A stretch of DNA of 64,000 nucleotides from a virus (lineage: Duplodnaviria; Caudoviricetes). The position numbers and the translations under genes were made by a program. Numbering within the stretch: the first letter of the stretch is position 1; the number at the start of each line of letters is the position of its first letter. The stretch is from IMG/VR virus record IMGVR_UViG_3300026549_000029, positions 160,001-224,000 of that record. One strand, given 5' to 3'. Shown one piece after another: positions 37,001-46,510 of the stretch. The notes beneath the pieces are model-generated. The model searched no databases and had not been told where the DNA came from. It worked only from the letters and a program-made list of their open reading frames with translations.

Positions 37001-37538
37001 TTAATTTATAATCTGAAATTAGATTACCATAACTATCATATTCTTCTTTATAAGTTATAGAAACATGATCAATAGAAGTAGGAATCTCTTCATCTATATA
37101 ATTATTATCTATCCAAAGACCTTCCCAGACTCCTGTCTCATCATAATTAGGTTCTCCATGAAGCATTCTATAATAATTATTATATTCTATATAATTATTC
37201 AAGAATAGTTCTTCAGCCATATTATATAACTGAGTCCTAATATCTCCTTTAGGGATCTTATCATTATCTGCAGCATATTCAATAATTTGATCCTCTGTTA
37301 ATCCAGAGATTTGTCTTAATAAAGTTTCATCATAATGAAAGTAATTAAAATTAGAATGGCCTCTCTTAATACTTATTAAAACATCTCCAGCTCTAATAGA
37401 TTCTAATGTTTCTGCATTATTAGCTCTATCTATATCTTTTAATATAGTACCAGTAGCTAATTGTCTAGCATTATAGATAATTTCATCTAATAATGGATTT
37501 TCAGTAAAAACTTTACTAGCTAAAGTTACTTTTTCCAT
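34077..37538 (-). CDS. Large virion (baseplate wedge-like) protein with two zinc-ribbon inserts
   Basis: E.NNYYRML.G; LIKFKST...I..I..IFG is baseplate-like; late motif at 37565-37576. Confidence 0.6.
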   Translation of the reverse strand: MEKVTLASKVFTENPLLDEIIYNARQLATGTILKDIDRANNAETLESIRAGDVLISIKRGHSNFNYFHYDETLLRQISGLTEDQIIEYAADNDKIPKGDIRTQLYNMAEELFLNNYIEYNNYYRMLHGEPNYDETGVWEGLWIDNNYIDEEIPTSIDHVSITYKEEYDSYGNLISDYKLIHELSLSKQIILDSNGTLENIVNNESWLISNELTKDDVIYLLHMGDRQVDYYDARVAEKFAMLYCPSCDSDEVRTRYKDLLEANRLYLLYTVYSEAYKYRSDYYDNFMMVFLIIQTIIDMIVELPEYLIRRDVFDTRTCKYIFESNGVKYFNDIPLRYQISLVKNLNKLIKFKSTDKCIVDIISIFGFRNINAFKYYILKDHNVNNPDDLDYYSNTKVITNEDGTKDIVTDNDSNYDIKFIKVPLLDQIYDNYAKKDSNILEYDELTVPDAYWVGDKTYDTVKSGVKDLDFTILRSKYYTIEAVIDLAQRNFSLVYFMNILMYNKIDKSALRISLPNISTTKKVELVNAILALYSLGYIYYGVEDTILDSRSKVAEILGFNMEADFATIAQYLHENHRGLTLEELSYGHDAVERPGFTIPDEKIYSFEELRAIFLNNRDIYKHVLEVMANPPSKEVYDAYRYLYKTLFIMNRNMEYFLVGDNDVVDTYKANGYTTKFINIPRPENYQNPDVYEYDMKCLTSTCDENTLYFEMRDDFDETHLFDLYIYDPEDEDFVSLNATARMASTYTEFMRYNDGNVYKFLVQVAAIDDEAKRQETCINAIQQIIGYIKDYIDEDKTEVYMDDVFSGLPSVSLEFVKSYIEEVIDFFKSFKIFTHQSSIIYVIDDKFDQYIQLIDHILIKYLFDKADIIKIEDYISNANINLSKEERAKLIDKVWFSMDWWLRKNYSEYYENNRNALENNGKHKFIYYCPQCGAELSASDTVCPNCGVENKVPITFDKYAHFNKAIKDYADVRSTYYFKDDVFNPDNHYIRQLEIYAVDAILHMLVDITYSDNINIEEAIDSMTETKYLVEYINEWIADTCLILVNLSLDDGEICCTKYFCPNCGKEIESNTTTCPYCNSIVFEPITKYRRITNIKDTLNKISTLNLNYALNLRESIMNISNNISLYEPSYRLYDNCYTIITQEFPAHVFIDT

Positions 37539-37581
37539 CTATTCCTCCAATACACAAGGACTATTACATAGATGTCAATTA

Positions 37582-38337
37582 TTATACTTCTTCATTTTTA
37601 TTAATATTATCTTCACAACTTAAAATATCATTATAGGAATAGGTTTCACCTTCTTCAGTAATTATTATTTTTGGATATTTTGTTTTTATTATAATTTTTT
37701 TAGAAGAATATAATTTTTTGGGTCTATGATGTGAATTAATATTTATATCGCTATGAGTATTTATATAATATTCTTTTCCAATTTCACAAAAGAAATCTCT
37801 AAAGATTTTAATATTAATACTTCTAATAGGTTTCTTAAATAAATTTTCATAATTAATACTAGTATTTACATAATTTTCAATTATTGCTCTTACAAGCTCT
37901 TCTGATTCTTCATATCCTTTAGCAATATCAGAAATGTCATAACTACAATCCATATATATTTTTATTACATCATAATCTTTCATGTCAGATATACGAGAAT
38001 GAAATTCTTTTAATCTTTTTTCTAATTCTTTTTTTCTTCTCTTCTGAATTATTGTATTAAGATGAGGTCTAATACTCTCTATACTACGTCCTGTTATATT
38101 AGATATATCAAATAAAGTTTTACCTTTTTTATATAATTCTTTAAAATATTTTGATTCTTCTTCATCAATAGGAATCTTAATATCACTTTCAAGAATAATA
38201 CATTTTCTTATTGTACTTTTTAAAAATCCTGTTGATATTGCAATTTCTTCTAATGATTTTTTTTCCTTATACATTTTAATTATAGTTTCAATTTCTTTTT
38301 CATTAGGTTCTCTAAAAGTTCTTTTTTCTCTTGGCAT
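37582..38337 (-). CDS. Tandem HTH DNA-binding protein with Veg-like C-terminus
   Basis: SLEEIAISTGFLKSTIRK, TLFDISNITGRSIESIR and a third HTH-like segment; C-terminal KYP.III....TYSYNDIL. Confidence 0.6.
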   Translation of the reverse strand: MPREKRTFREPNEKEIETIIKMYKEKKSLEEIAISTGFLKSTIRKCIILESDIKIPIDEEESKYFKELYKKGKTLFDISNITGRSIESIRPHLNTIIQKRRKKELEKRLKEFHSRISDMKDYDVIKIYMDCSYDISDIAKGYEESEELVRAIIENYVNTSINYENLFKKPIRSINIKIFRDFFCEIGKEYYINTHSDININSHHRPKKLYSSKKIIIKTKYPKIIITEEGETYSYNDILSCEDNINKNEEV

Positions 38338-38445
38338 TTTATTATTTTTCTCCTTTAATAAAATAAAAAATATAATTATTTAATTTTAAGTAGTAAAAGT
38401 AGAGAATATTTACTTTTTAATAATTATAATAGGAGATATATAAAA

Positions 38446-39324
38446 ATGAATGATTTAACATTAAATGAATCTACCAAAATAGCAGATAAAAAAGATATAG
38501 ATGTATATATGGCAAGAGAATTTATAAATCCTAATACACCTATAGCTACATTATATTTTTCAATAGCTCCATATCCATTACAGTTTTATCAAACTAGAGA
38601 AACATTAGCTGATGTAGATACATATAAAAGATTTATAGATAATTGTATTCATAGATTTAGAAAGTCTAGAGCATATAAAGGATATAAAGCATATCTGATG
38701 AGTATGGGTTTAGATAGATGCCAAATAAATGGAAATATACAAGATGGTATGGCTGATATAGAAATGCATCATAACTTCTTAACAATATATGATATTACTA
38801 TATTAATTTCTCAGCATATATTAAATACAGTGGGAAGATGTACTACCTTTGATATTATAAATTTATTAATTCAAGAACATAGAGAAAATAATATACCCAT
38901 AGTTATGCTATCTGAAACAGCACATCAGTTATATCATGCTAATCCAGATATGTATATACCAATTAATATGTGCTTTGGAAATTGGGTTTTATTATTAAAG
39001 AAATATAGTTATGGTATTACAATGGATATAGCATATAAAGTAGTAAGATATATAGAAAAATGCCAAAAAAATAATGAACTTACAGAATTACCATATTACC
39101 AACTTTCAAATACTATTAGATCTTGGGGAGATTATAATGAATATAACTTATACAACAGCAATTATACTAATTTTAGTAATTTCAACAATACTTCTAATGG
39201 CTATATTAATGGTAATTTCTATGAAGTTAACCAATTATCAAAAAATGATAATAAGCATCTCAGAAATAGTCAAGGAACGGGACAAATTTATACAGAAGAG
39301 CAATTATTCGGTTCAGGACTCTAG
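38446..39324 (+). CDS. HNH-like protein (paralog of 57813-58646)
   Basis: RCQI...IEMHH..LTIYDI...LSETAHQLYH; late motif at 38411-38422. Confidence 0.65.
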   Translation: MNDLTLNESTKIADKKDIDVYMAREFINPNTPIATLYFSIAPYPLQFYQTRETLADVDTYKRFIDNCIHRFRKSRAYKGYKAYLMSMGLDRCQINGNIQDGMADIEMHHNFLTIYDITILISQHILNTVGRCTTFDIINLLIQEHRENNIPIVMLSETAHQLYHANPDMYIPINMCFGNWVLLLKKYSYGITMDIAYKVVRYIEKCQKNNELTELPYYQLSNTIRSWGDYNEYNLYNSNYTNFSNFNNTSNGYINGNFYEVNQLSKNDNKHLRNSQGTGQIYTEEQLFGSGL

Positions 39325-39637
39325 AGCCTTAATGGATTATCTGGTAAAGCAGTCATTAATGGAATGGCAGATATATAATATAGATCCTTCTAGTGAAAAT
39401 TATATGAATGAACAAAATATGGAAGCTGCTATTCAATATATAATGAAAAAAATAATGTTAGAAATGACAGATACTATTAAATTAAAATTATCTATAGGAT
39501 ATCCATTTGAGACAGAAGAAGAGATGTTAGAGAGTATTAAGAATAGAGCTAAATTAGAAGTGTTAAATTATAGTATTCAACAGAATTCTGACTCTGATAC
39601 TGCTAATGTAGGATTAAAAAATATTAATACTTTTTAA
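39137..39637 (+). CDS. Membrane-anchored hypothetical protein
   Basis: GGGGAG RBS before ATG 39137; TM helix; overlaps the upstream gene by 188 nt. Confidence 0.65.
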   Translation: MNITYTTAIILILVISTILLMAILMVISMKLTNYQKMIISISEIVKERDKFIQKSNYSVQDSRALMDYLVKQSLMEWQIYNIDPSSENYMNEQNMEAAIQYIMKKIMLEMTDTIKLKLSIGYPFETEEEMLESIKNRAKLEVLNYSIQQNSDSDTANVGLKNINTF

Positions 39638-39671
39638 AAAATAAAGAGAGGAGTCATCCTCTCTTTATTTT
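39638..39671. terminator. Bidirectional terminator
   Basis: AAAATAAAGAGAGGA-gtca-TCCTCTCTTTATTTT. Confidence 0.8.
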
Positions 39672-39678
39672 GTTTTCA

Positions 39679-40086
39679 TTATTCTGGTAATAATAAATAA
39701 TTAGGAGGAGTTTCAGGAAATTGTCTAAACTTATGTCTGCATTCTTCTAATGTAGCAGAACAATTATCTCCACATTCTTCTTCAAACGCTTCAATAAGTT
39801 TCTCCCATCCACCATTATTAAGTATTCTCATAAGAGATTCTTTCATATCTTTAGTCAATTTATTTTTAGTCTCTATAACATATTTAGGTTCATACATAGA
39901 TATATAATATCCATATATCCCTTTTTCCTCTATATCAGGCTCATCTATAAATGGTATATAAAAACATTCTATATCATTTGGCATATGATGAATTACAGCA
40001 AGAGGTGCTATAACATCACCATCTCTATGAAACCATGATGAATTTGTATCACAGTGATAATATCTTTCATATTCAATATTAATCAT
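39679..40086 (-). CDS. Hypothetical protein, PDY/PNY family
   Basis: ISMYEPKY...KLT...GWE...PPNYLLL. Confidence 0.7.
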   Translation of the reverse strand: MINIEYERYYHCDTNSSWFHRDGDVIAPLAVIHHMPNDIECFYIPFIDEPDIEEKGIYGYYISMYEPKYVIETKNKLTKDMKESLMRILNNGGWEKLIEAFEEECGDNCSATLEECRHKFRQFPETPPNYLLLPE

Positions 40087-40087
40087 T

Positions 40088-40534
40088 TTATCTATTCTCT
40101 TTCAAATTATTTATGAATATATTAATATCTACTTTCTCTGCACATTTAAGTTTATATCTTTCTCCTGTATCATATATAAAAGCCCAAATTGCATCATATA
40201 CGATCATATTAGAATACTTTTTATTAGTTGAAGGTTTTAATAAAGTATTTATAATCCATTTTAATATAGATGAATTTATATTTAATAAAGGCTTTCCTTC
40301 ATGCGAAATATAATTTCCTGTAATAAGACTAATTCTAGCTACTTTAGTTGCTTTTCTAAAATCTGGTGAATTATAAATTTTAATATATGGATCTAATAAA
40401 AATGATGATTCTCTTCCTTCCCCAATATCAATAGATATAGAATATTTATCATTTGTATTTTTATAAATATAATCTTCTGTAATTACTATTCTTTTATTAT
40501 TTTCTTTAAAATATTTTCCATTAAATAAATCCAT
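40088..40534 (-). CDS. Hypothetical protein, distant member of the same family
   Basis: PYIKIY...ARISL....YISH; GAAAGGA RBS. Confidence 0.7.
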   Translation of the reverse strand: MDLFNGKYFKENNKRIVITEDYIYKNTNDKYSISIDIGEGRESSFLLDPYIKIYNSPDFRKATKVARISLITGNYISHEGKPLLNINSSILKWIINTLLKPSTNKKYSNMIVYDAIWAFIYDTGERYKLKCAEKVDINIFINNLKENR

Positions 40535-40580
40535 AATAAATCTATTCCTTTCTTAATAATATTGATAAATATTATATTAT

Positions 40581-40604
40581 TTATCAATATTATAATATAT
40601 AATT
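40581..40604 (-). promoter_or_regulatory. Early-type promoter
   Basis: Identical 24-mer to 29138-29161; overlaps a 16-bp inverted repeat at 40556-40593. Confidence 0.65.
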
Positions 40605-40636
40605 AAATTATAATTTATTAAAAAATAAAGATGCAG

Positions 40637-41176
40637 TCAAACTGCATCTTTATTCACATTAAATTTATCCATTAACCATTTTAAATCTTCTATTTCTTCT
40701 TTGAAAAACTCCTTTCCATCATAAGATGCTTCGACGTATTTCATAAAAATGTTGAAAACATATCTGAATGCATCGTGTAAAAACTTCCATTCGATTGGAT
40801 CTCTAGGATCCTCTTCGAAACTATTAGCAACAGTCATGATCTCATTTTTTACTTTTTCCTTCCATGCAGAATCATTGATGTCAAAACTCTTAAAAGGCCA
40901 AAAGAAGTCTGAATACTTTTTGCCTTTGTATACAGTTATGCAATTTCCGCTGAATGTATCTTCCAGCATTGCCAGAATTCTTACAATTTCAACAGGATCA
41001 TGATTAACAAAATGCAAGATATTTATATCGATTGGAATAAATTTCTCATCCGTATTTTCCATGATGATAAAACAATGATTGGTATCAAGATCAATAACCA
41101 TCTTGATATAGTCAAAGTTATAAGAATCTAACAGGTTCACAAACTGCATAATAGCTCCATTTTTCTTAATTTCCAT
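40637..41176 (-). CDS. Hypothetical protein
   Basis: 179 aa; AAAGGAG RBS; slightly more GC-rich codons. Confidence 0.7.
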   Translation of the reverse strand: MEIKKNGAIMQFVNLLDSYNFDYIKMVIDLDTNHCFIIMENTDEKFIPIDINILHFVNHDPVEIVRILAMLEDTFSGNCITVYKGKKYSDFFWPFKSFDINDSAWKEKVKNEIMTVANSFEEDPRDPIEWKFLHDAFRYVFNIFMKYVEASYDGKEFFKEEIEDLKWLMDKFNVNKDAV

Positions 41177-41271
41177 TTTTATTCTCCTTTTATCCTATTT
41201 CAAAATAAAAATTATTTATTCTTTTATTACAATTTTATATCATCTAATTAAAAATTTTAATTTTTTAAAAA

Positions 41272-41303
41272 AATAAGAAGAGGAATATTATCCTCTTCTT
41301 ATT
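41272..41303 (-). terminator. Intrinsic terminator overlapping stop codon
   Basis: AATAAGAAGAGGA-atatta-TCCTCTTCTTATT. Confidence 0.7.
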
Positions 41304-42100
41304 TTTTGTCTATATATTTCTGATACTATACCTACTAAATTTCTTATTATAGATAAATTTCTATTTATATCTACAGCATATTTCATTTCTTCAGATATAT
41401 CAGGTAGTTGAACAAATCTTGAAAATGTAGGAATTATATACATAGAGAAAGCATCAAAATTTCTATAATATTCTTTTCCCAATTCTCTATTTATAAATTT
41501 ATCATACATTATAGAAATATAACTCATAGTATCTTCTATTTTTTCTCTTTGTAATCTTCTACATATTTCACAAATAATATCTAATATTCCATATTCATGT
41601 AATATTAAATTATTATCTCCTATACCTTTAATATCGATATTTATATTGAATTCACCATTTATAAAATTATCTGAATAATATACCTCTAATTCTTGTAATT
41701 GCAAAAATATATTATATTCATTTTTAATTACAAATTTAAAAGGTGGAAATTCTGTATAAGGCAATAATTTACCTACAATAAATACTGCATCGTTTTTAAT
41801 AGATACTATATCTATATCTTCTAAATTATTAGATATAAATAATTTTCTTTTTGCTTCTTTAATACCTGTTTGAATATTAGTATAAATAGATCTATCTCTG
41901 GATATCATTTTTCCGATAATAACTTCTCTTTCTTTTTTATCCATATTATAGAATCTATCATATTCATCTTTAGATAATATTTTTTGATATAATAAAGCAT
42001 TTATATTTGCTTTAGATAAATCATATTCTCGTATATAAGTATTAATAAAATATTTTATTGGAGTTTTATAATTTATATTTCTCCATAATTCAGAAGCCAT
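41288..42100 (-). CDS. Small divergent PolB-like polymerase-domain protein
   Basis: Motif A-like IREYDLSKAN; motif C-like SIKNDAVF; later IKGI. Confidence 0.6.
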   Translation of the reverse strand: MASELWRNINYKTPIKYFINTYIREYDLSKANINALLYQKILSKDEYDRFYNMDKKEREVIIGKMISRDRSIYTNIQTGIKEAKRKLFISNNLEDIDIVSIKNDAVFIVGKLLPYTEFPPFKFVIKNEYNIFLQLQELEVYYSDNFINGEFNINIDIKGIGDNNLILHEYGILDIICEICRRLQREKIEDTMSYISIMYDKFINRELGKEYYRNFDAFSMYIIPTFSRFVQLPDISEEMKYAVDINRNLSIIRNLVGIVSEIYRQKIRRG

Positions 42101-42110
42101 TATTCTTTAC

Positions 42111-42551
42111 CTATTTATTATTGACAGTGGATAATGCTCTATAAATTGAACTATTAATTCTATTACTAAAATCTCTATCCTCTGTAATAAGATTTGAAAA
42201 TGCCCTAGCATATGCTTGAGCAAATTGACCAATTAAGATTTCTTTTATATCTTCATTAAGAATTTTTATATATTTTTCTTTAACATCTTTCATTTCTTCT
42301 GAAAAATCTATTTGATTTATTATTTTCTTAAGTTCTAATGAAGGTCCTAAAGAACTAGGTCCACTATATCTGAAACTAGTTTCTGTAAAATAATTCTTAA
42401 TTACATCATCTTTCATAAGATATTCCTTAAGAATATCTTTTACAATTATTTTTAAATCTTCATCAGATACACTATGAATAATTTTATTAAGTTCTGTCCC
42501 AAGATCAGAAGATTTAAATAATTCATCATCAATATTCAACACAAGCTGCAT
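42111..42551 (-). CDS. Hypothetical protein
   Basis: AAGGAG RBS; operon context. Confidence 0.7.
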   Translation of the reverse strand: MQLVLNIDDELFKSSDLGTELNKIIHSVSDEDLKIIVKDILKEYLMKDDVIKNYFTETSFRYSGPSSLGPSLELKKIINQIDFSEEMKDVKEKYIKILNEDIKEILIGQFAQAYARAFSNLITEDRDFSNRINSSIYRALSTVNNK

Positions 42552-42565
42552 AATTATTTTCTCCT

Positions 42566-42814
42566 TTATATATCATCATTTTCATCAGGTAATTCAATTA
42601 CTTCTACTAGCCTATTACATTCTGGACAATGATAAGAATAATTAATAGATCTTTTCTTAAAAAAGAATCCATATCTTGAAATAGTAATATTTAAATCTTT
42701 ATCATTATCTTTTACTTTAAATTTGCATTCACAATTTGGATTTTCACAAGTAAAATAAATAAACTTATTTCTTTTATCAGATAATTTACCATGCTCTATA
42801 ATCTCAGCAGGCAT
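42566..42814 (-). CDS. Zinc-ribbon protein
   Basis: FTCENPNC.C.F...HCPEC. Confidence 0.7.
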   Translation of the reverse strand: MPAEIIEHGKLSDKRNKFIYFTCENPNCECKFKVKDNDKDLNITISRYGFFFKKRSINYSYHCPECNRLVEVIELPDENDDI

Positions 42815-42816
42815 GA

Positions 42817-43317
42817 CTATATTCCTCCAGCTACAATTTTATTTTCTTCACATATTTGAAGAAATCTTTTTCTATCTTCATCAAATGTAACAATACCTTG
42901 TACTGTCATAAAATCACAGCCATCATGTGAAATATAAAAATAATCTTCAGGATCATTTATAATAGAATATTTAATATCATATCTAGTTTGAATCAATTTC
43001 ATAAATGATTCATTAACCATAGATATTCCATTATCATATGAATATTCTGATATACAGATATAGACTTTTTGTCCATTATAAATGCAATCTAAAATTGACA
43101 TTAATGAAGAACAAGCAATCGGATCATTTAATACATAATCATAATACCAAAGATCAAATTGATATTCATATCCTGTTGGATCTTGTGTCATACTAGTAGC
43201 ATAATTAGGAATCATTAATAAACCAGGCAATCTTTCGATTGCCTGATTCTGAGAAGATAAATTAAATACTGTAAAAGTATTATCTGGTATTGCTCTATAA
43301 GGACCAAATATTAACAT
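42817..43317 (-). CDS. Hypothetical protein (DUF488-like?)
   Basis: L.P...FD.WY..Y...G.KVYIC pattern shared with 43534-44244. Confidence 0.6.
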   Translation of the reverse strand: MLIFGPYRAIPDNTFTVFNLSSQNQAIERLPGLLMIPNYATSMTQDPTGYEYQFDLWYYDYVLNDPIACSSLMSILDCIYNGQKVYICISEYSYDNGISMVNESFMKLIQTRYDIKYSIINDPEDYFYISHDGCDFMTVQGIVTFDEDRKRFLQICEENKIVAGGI

Positions 43318-43547
43318 TCTATCTCCTTATCTTCATCATCTGCTGGTACACCATTAAGAAAATCTTCAATAACAAAAGCTATTTGATTAGGTGTAAATGA
43401 CAATTGTCTATAGAATTTACCATTAATAAATACATCACCAATAGCATCAATACGTACAGTAAATTCTATTGGACCTACAATCTTTTCTCTGTTTAAAAAG
43501 TTATCTTTAGTTTCATTATCCATAGTAGTCTCCTTAATATTGATCAA
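43311..43547 (-). CDS. Hypothetical protein
   Basis: Operon member; the start may be the internal MDNET (AAGGAG upstream). Confidence 0.6.
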   Translation of the reverse strand: MINIKETTMDNETKDNFLNREKIVGPIEFTVRIDAIGDVFINGKFYRQLSFTPNQIAFVIEDFLNGVPADDEDKEIEC

Positions 43548-44244
43548 AATATATAACTGGTTTAGTGATAGGAATACCAGTTGTTATATAAGCTTCCTTC
43601 ATAATTGTATATAATTCCATCGGATCATTATCTGGTCCAGAAAAGACCATAAGATCATCAACAATTTGATTATATAAAATTGGAGGAAATGTTGGATACG
43701 GATTAGTATTACAATTAATAAAATCGAATACATCTACCATCTTCTTTTGATATAACAAAGTTATGATAATGTCATCATATTTATCATCATATGCAAAATA
43801 ACTTTGATCCATTATTCCCATACTAATTCCATATCTTGTATAAAAGAACATCATTAAAGTATGAACCCAAATAGGTTCATCTTCTAAATAAGAGGGAATA
43901 TTTAATAAAATATTCCCTCCAATATGCATAAAATACAGCATAGTAGCTATGAATTCTTGAACAGAATCATCATACTCAAGATATTCATTATAAGCTTGGA
44001 TAAATCCTTCTTGATCTCCATCAATTTCTTTATACATCGCTAATGGAGGTGGACATAATAAAGTAGCTTTCATGGCTTTATCTGGAAACATCTGTTCAAG
44101 TTCATCAGAAGTTTCATCCATATCCATGCATAAAATTCTATTAGGTCCAGGCCCAGCTTTTGGTGGAAAATATATAGCAAGATTATGCTTAGTTGTTTCT
44201 ATATGATTTGCATCCATTAAATAGATACTTCCTAAGATAGTCAT
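43534..44244 (-). CDS. Hypothetical protein (DUF488-like?)
   Basis: LLCPP...EGFIQAYNEYL...GGNILL. Confidence 0.65.
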   Translation of the reverse strand: MTILGSIYLMDANHIETTKHNLAIYFPPKAGPGPNRILCMDMDETSDELEQMFPDKAMKATLLCPPPLAMYKEIDGDQEGFIQAYNEYLEYDDSVQEFIATMLYFMHIGGNILLNIPSYLEDEPIWVHTLMMFFYTRYGISMGIMDQSYFAYDDKYDDIIITLLYQKKMVDVFDFINCNTNPYPTFPPILYNQIVDDLMVFSGPDNDPMELYTIMKEAYITTGIPITKPVIYFDQY

Positions 44245-44323
44245 AATGTTCTTCCCTCTTAAATATTCTATAGTGATTAATAATCATGTTTATCGAGATA
44301 TCTCCTTTTAATATTTATCACTA

Positions 44324-46510
44324 TTATAATACATCAATGACAGAAGGTTTGCTTACTGATTTCTTAAGAGCATCTATAATAGCTGCATCATCATCTTCTT
44401 CATAAGGAATATTTGAAGTATCTACAGAGGTAGATTTACTTTTTCCAGATTCTTCATTAGAATCAGAAGAAGATTCTTCTTCATCTTCATAATATTCTTC
44501 ATCGTCATAGAGATAAGAAATATTTCCTTCTTCATCTATATCAATACTATATAATTTTCCTTCATAGGTTCCATAAAGATCATACAAAGATCTATCAATA
44601 ATTGCAAGGTTTTCAATATATTCAGTATGATTTTGATTTTCGAAGTCATTTCCTCCAGTATAAATAGCATAAATTATAGAATCTTCATAAATAGATTCAT
44701 TAGGAAATTCTCCAACAAATCTTACTTCATAATATTCTTTATCATCATCTTCTTCAGAAGTAATTTCTTGATCTACTTCTTCAGTTTCTTTTTTAGTTTC
44801 TTCCTCTTCTACTTTATCTTCAATAAGATTAGTGGATTCAGTAGATACTTCAACTTCTGTAGTTACTATAGGAGAAACTGACTTAATTATTTCTACTGCT
44901 GCATTATAAGTATCAGTAATCTTTTTAGATTCCTCCTCAGTAAGAGAATTAATAATATCCTGTTTCTCTTCTTCAGGAGCAGTAGAAGTAATTACTTCTT
45001 CTTCAATAGGCTTTTTAGTAGTTTCTGATGCAGAATCTGTAGTAATAACTACTTCTTCCTTAATAGGTTCAACTATAGTAGTAGATTTAGCACTAAATTT
45101 CTTTACTTCAGATTCAGGAATAGAGATTTTCTTTACTTTAATTACACTAGGTTTAATGGTATCATCTTTTTTAGTATTAATATCATTTGCAGAACTAGTA
45201 TTAATATTAGTATTTCCTACAATCTTGTTTACTACTACATCAGGTTTATTTCTAACTACAGTAGATTTTTTATTATCTACATAGCTACCTACATTTCTAA
45301 CCTTTTTATTCTTAAACTGGTTAGAATCATTAGGTTTAATCTTTCTCTTTACTTTGATAAGCTTAGGATCAATAGCACTAGGCTTATCATCAGATTTTGG
45401 AGGGGTCTCATATCTAAGATCAATACCTACATATTTAACTACTTCTTTTTCAGTAGTATTATTAGTCTGCTGCTGATTAGTAGTATTTCCTTTAGCTTTA
45501 ATAATAATAGTACTTCCATCTACACTAAAAGGATTTTCTGTATGTTCAAGAGTAGTTACTTTCTTAACCTTAATAAGTTTAGCAGGACGTACTTTATATT
45601 TATCTTCAGTCTTAACATACTTAGGTTTATTACGTTCTTTTCTTGTAAGATAATCTACTTCACTACCAGTTTCGATAGTTTTGATAATCTTATCCCCTCT
45701 CTTAAGACTAAATTTCATTCTTGCTTCTCCTTTCCTTCTTGTTATACTAGCTCCACTTTCTGGAGTTTTTGCTAAATCTCCTGCTCTATAAATTCTACCA
45801 CATTTTGTGCATCGTATTTCATCAAATGTTTTAGTATAATCTATCTCTCCATTACAGATAGTTCCATCATCTAATATATTCTTACAGGTCAACTTAGAAC
45901 CATCAATCTCATACATATATGGAAAGTCTAATATAACTAATCCTTTTCCTTTCCATATACCATAATTCATGAAATACTTTGCTCCAATATCATCAAATAC
46001 ATGTTTACCATCAACTAATACTTCCATTAGCAATATATAATCATCCAATACACTTAAAAATTCTTCTTCACTAGTAATCTTTTCAACTCTCTGAAAAGAA
46101 GCAATAGTTCCACATGGGGAACATTGAAATACCTTTGTACAAAAAGGTTTTAATAATTTCTGATTATAATATTCTGAAGGATTATCTCTAATACCTACAG
46201 CATCTACTGCTACTTTAAACACCATATTTGGTGCCATTGGATGTATATAAACTAGTCGATTGGTTCCTCCAGCAAATTTAGTAAAATTTCTAAATTTCAT
46301 TATCTCATCTATTTTAGAGATCCTTAGTCTGGAATTTCCAGAATATCTTGCTGAAGTAATTATTCCATGTATATAATCAATATCTTCTTGTGTGACAAGC
46401 TGATATAAATCAACATCTGGAGTTAATTGTTCCCATTCAAATTCCATTGGAGTAGTAGTACCAGTGAATAATAATCTTTCAAGAATATTCACTCTTTCTG
46501 ATTCTTTCAT
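44324..46510 (-). CDS. Protein-kinase-like domain + Zn ribbon + long basic-then-acidic disordered tail
   Basis: GGTNRLVY (G-loop), VFKVA, N.SE, DDIG...NYG, VILDF; RCTKCG. Confidence 0.65.
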   Translation of the reverse strand: MKESERVNILERLLFTGTTTPMEFEWEQLTPDVDLYQLVTQEDIDYIHGIITSARYSGNSRLRISKIDEIMKFRNFTKFAGGTNRLVYIHPMAPNMVFKVAVDAVGIRDNPSEYYNQKLLKPFCTKVFQCSPCGTIASFQRVEKITSEEEFLSVLDDYILLMEVLVDGKHVFDDIGAKYFMNYGIWKGKGLVILDFPYMYEIDGSKLTCKNILDDGTICNGEIDYTKTFDEIRCTKCGRIYRAGDLAKTPESGASITRRKGEARMKFSLKRGDKIIKTIETGSEVDYLTRKERNKPKYVKTEDKYKVRPAKLIKVKKVTTLEHTENPFSVDGSTIIIKAKGNTTNQQQTNNTTEKEVVKYVGIDLRYETPPKSDDKPSAIDPKLIKVKRKIKPNDSNQFKNKKVRNVGSYVDNKKSTVVRNKPDVVVNKIVGNTNINTSSANDINTKKDDTIKPSVIKVKKISIPESEVKKFSAKSTTIVEPIKEEVVITTDSASETTKKPIEEEVITSTAPEEEKQDIINSLTEEESKKITDTYNAAVEIIKSVSPIVTTEVEVSTESTNLIEDKVEEEETKKETEEVDQEITSEEDDDKEYYEVRFVGEFPNESIYEDSIIYAIYTGGNDFENQNHTEYIENLAIIDRSLYDLYGTYEGKLYSIDIDEEGNISYLYDDEEYYEDEEESSSDSNEESGKSKSTSVDTSNIPYEEDDDAAIIDALKKSVSKPSVIDVL

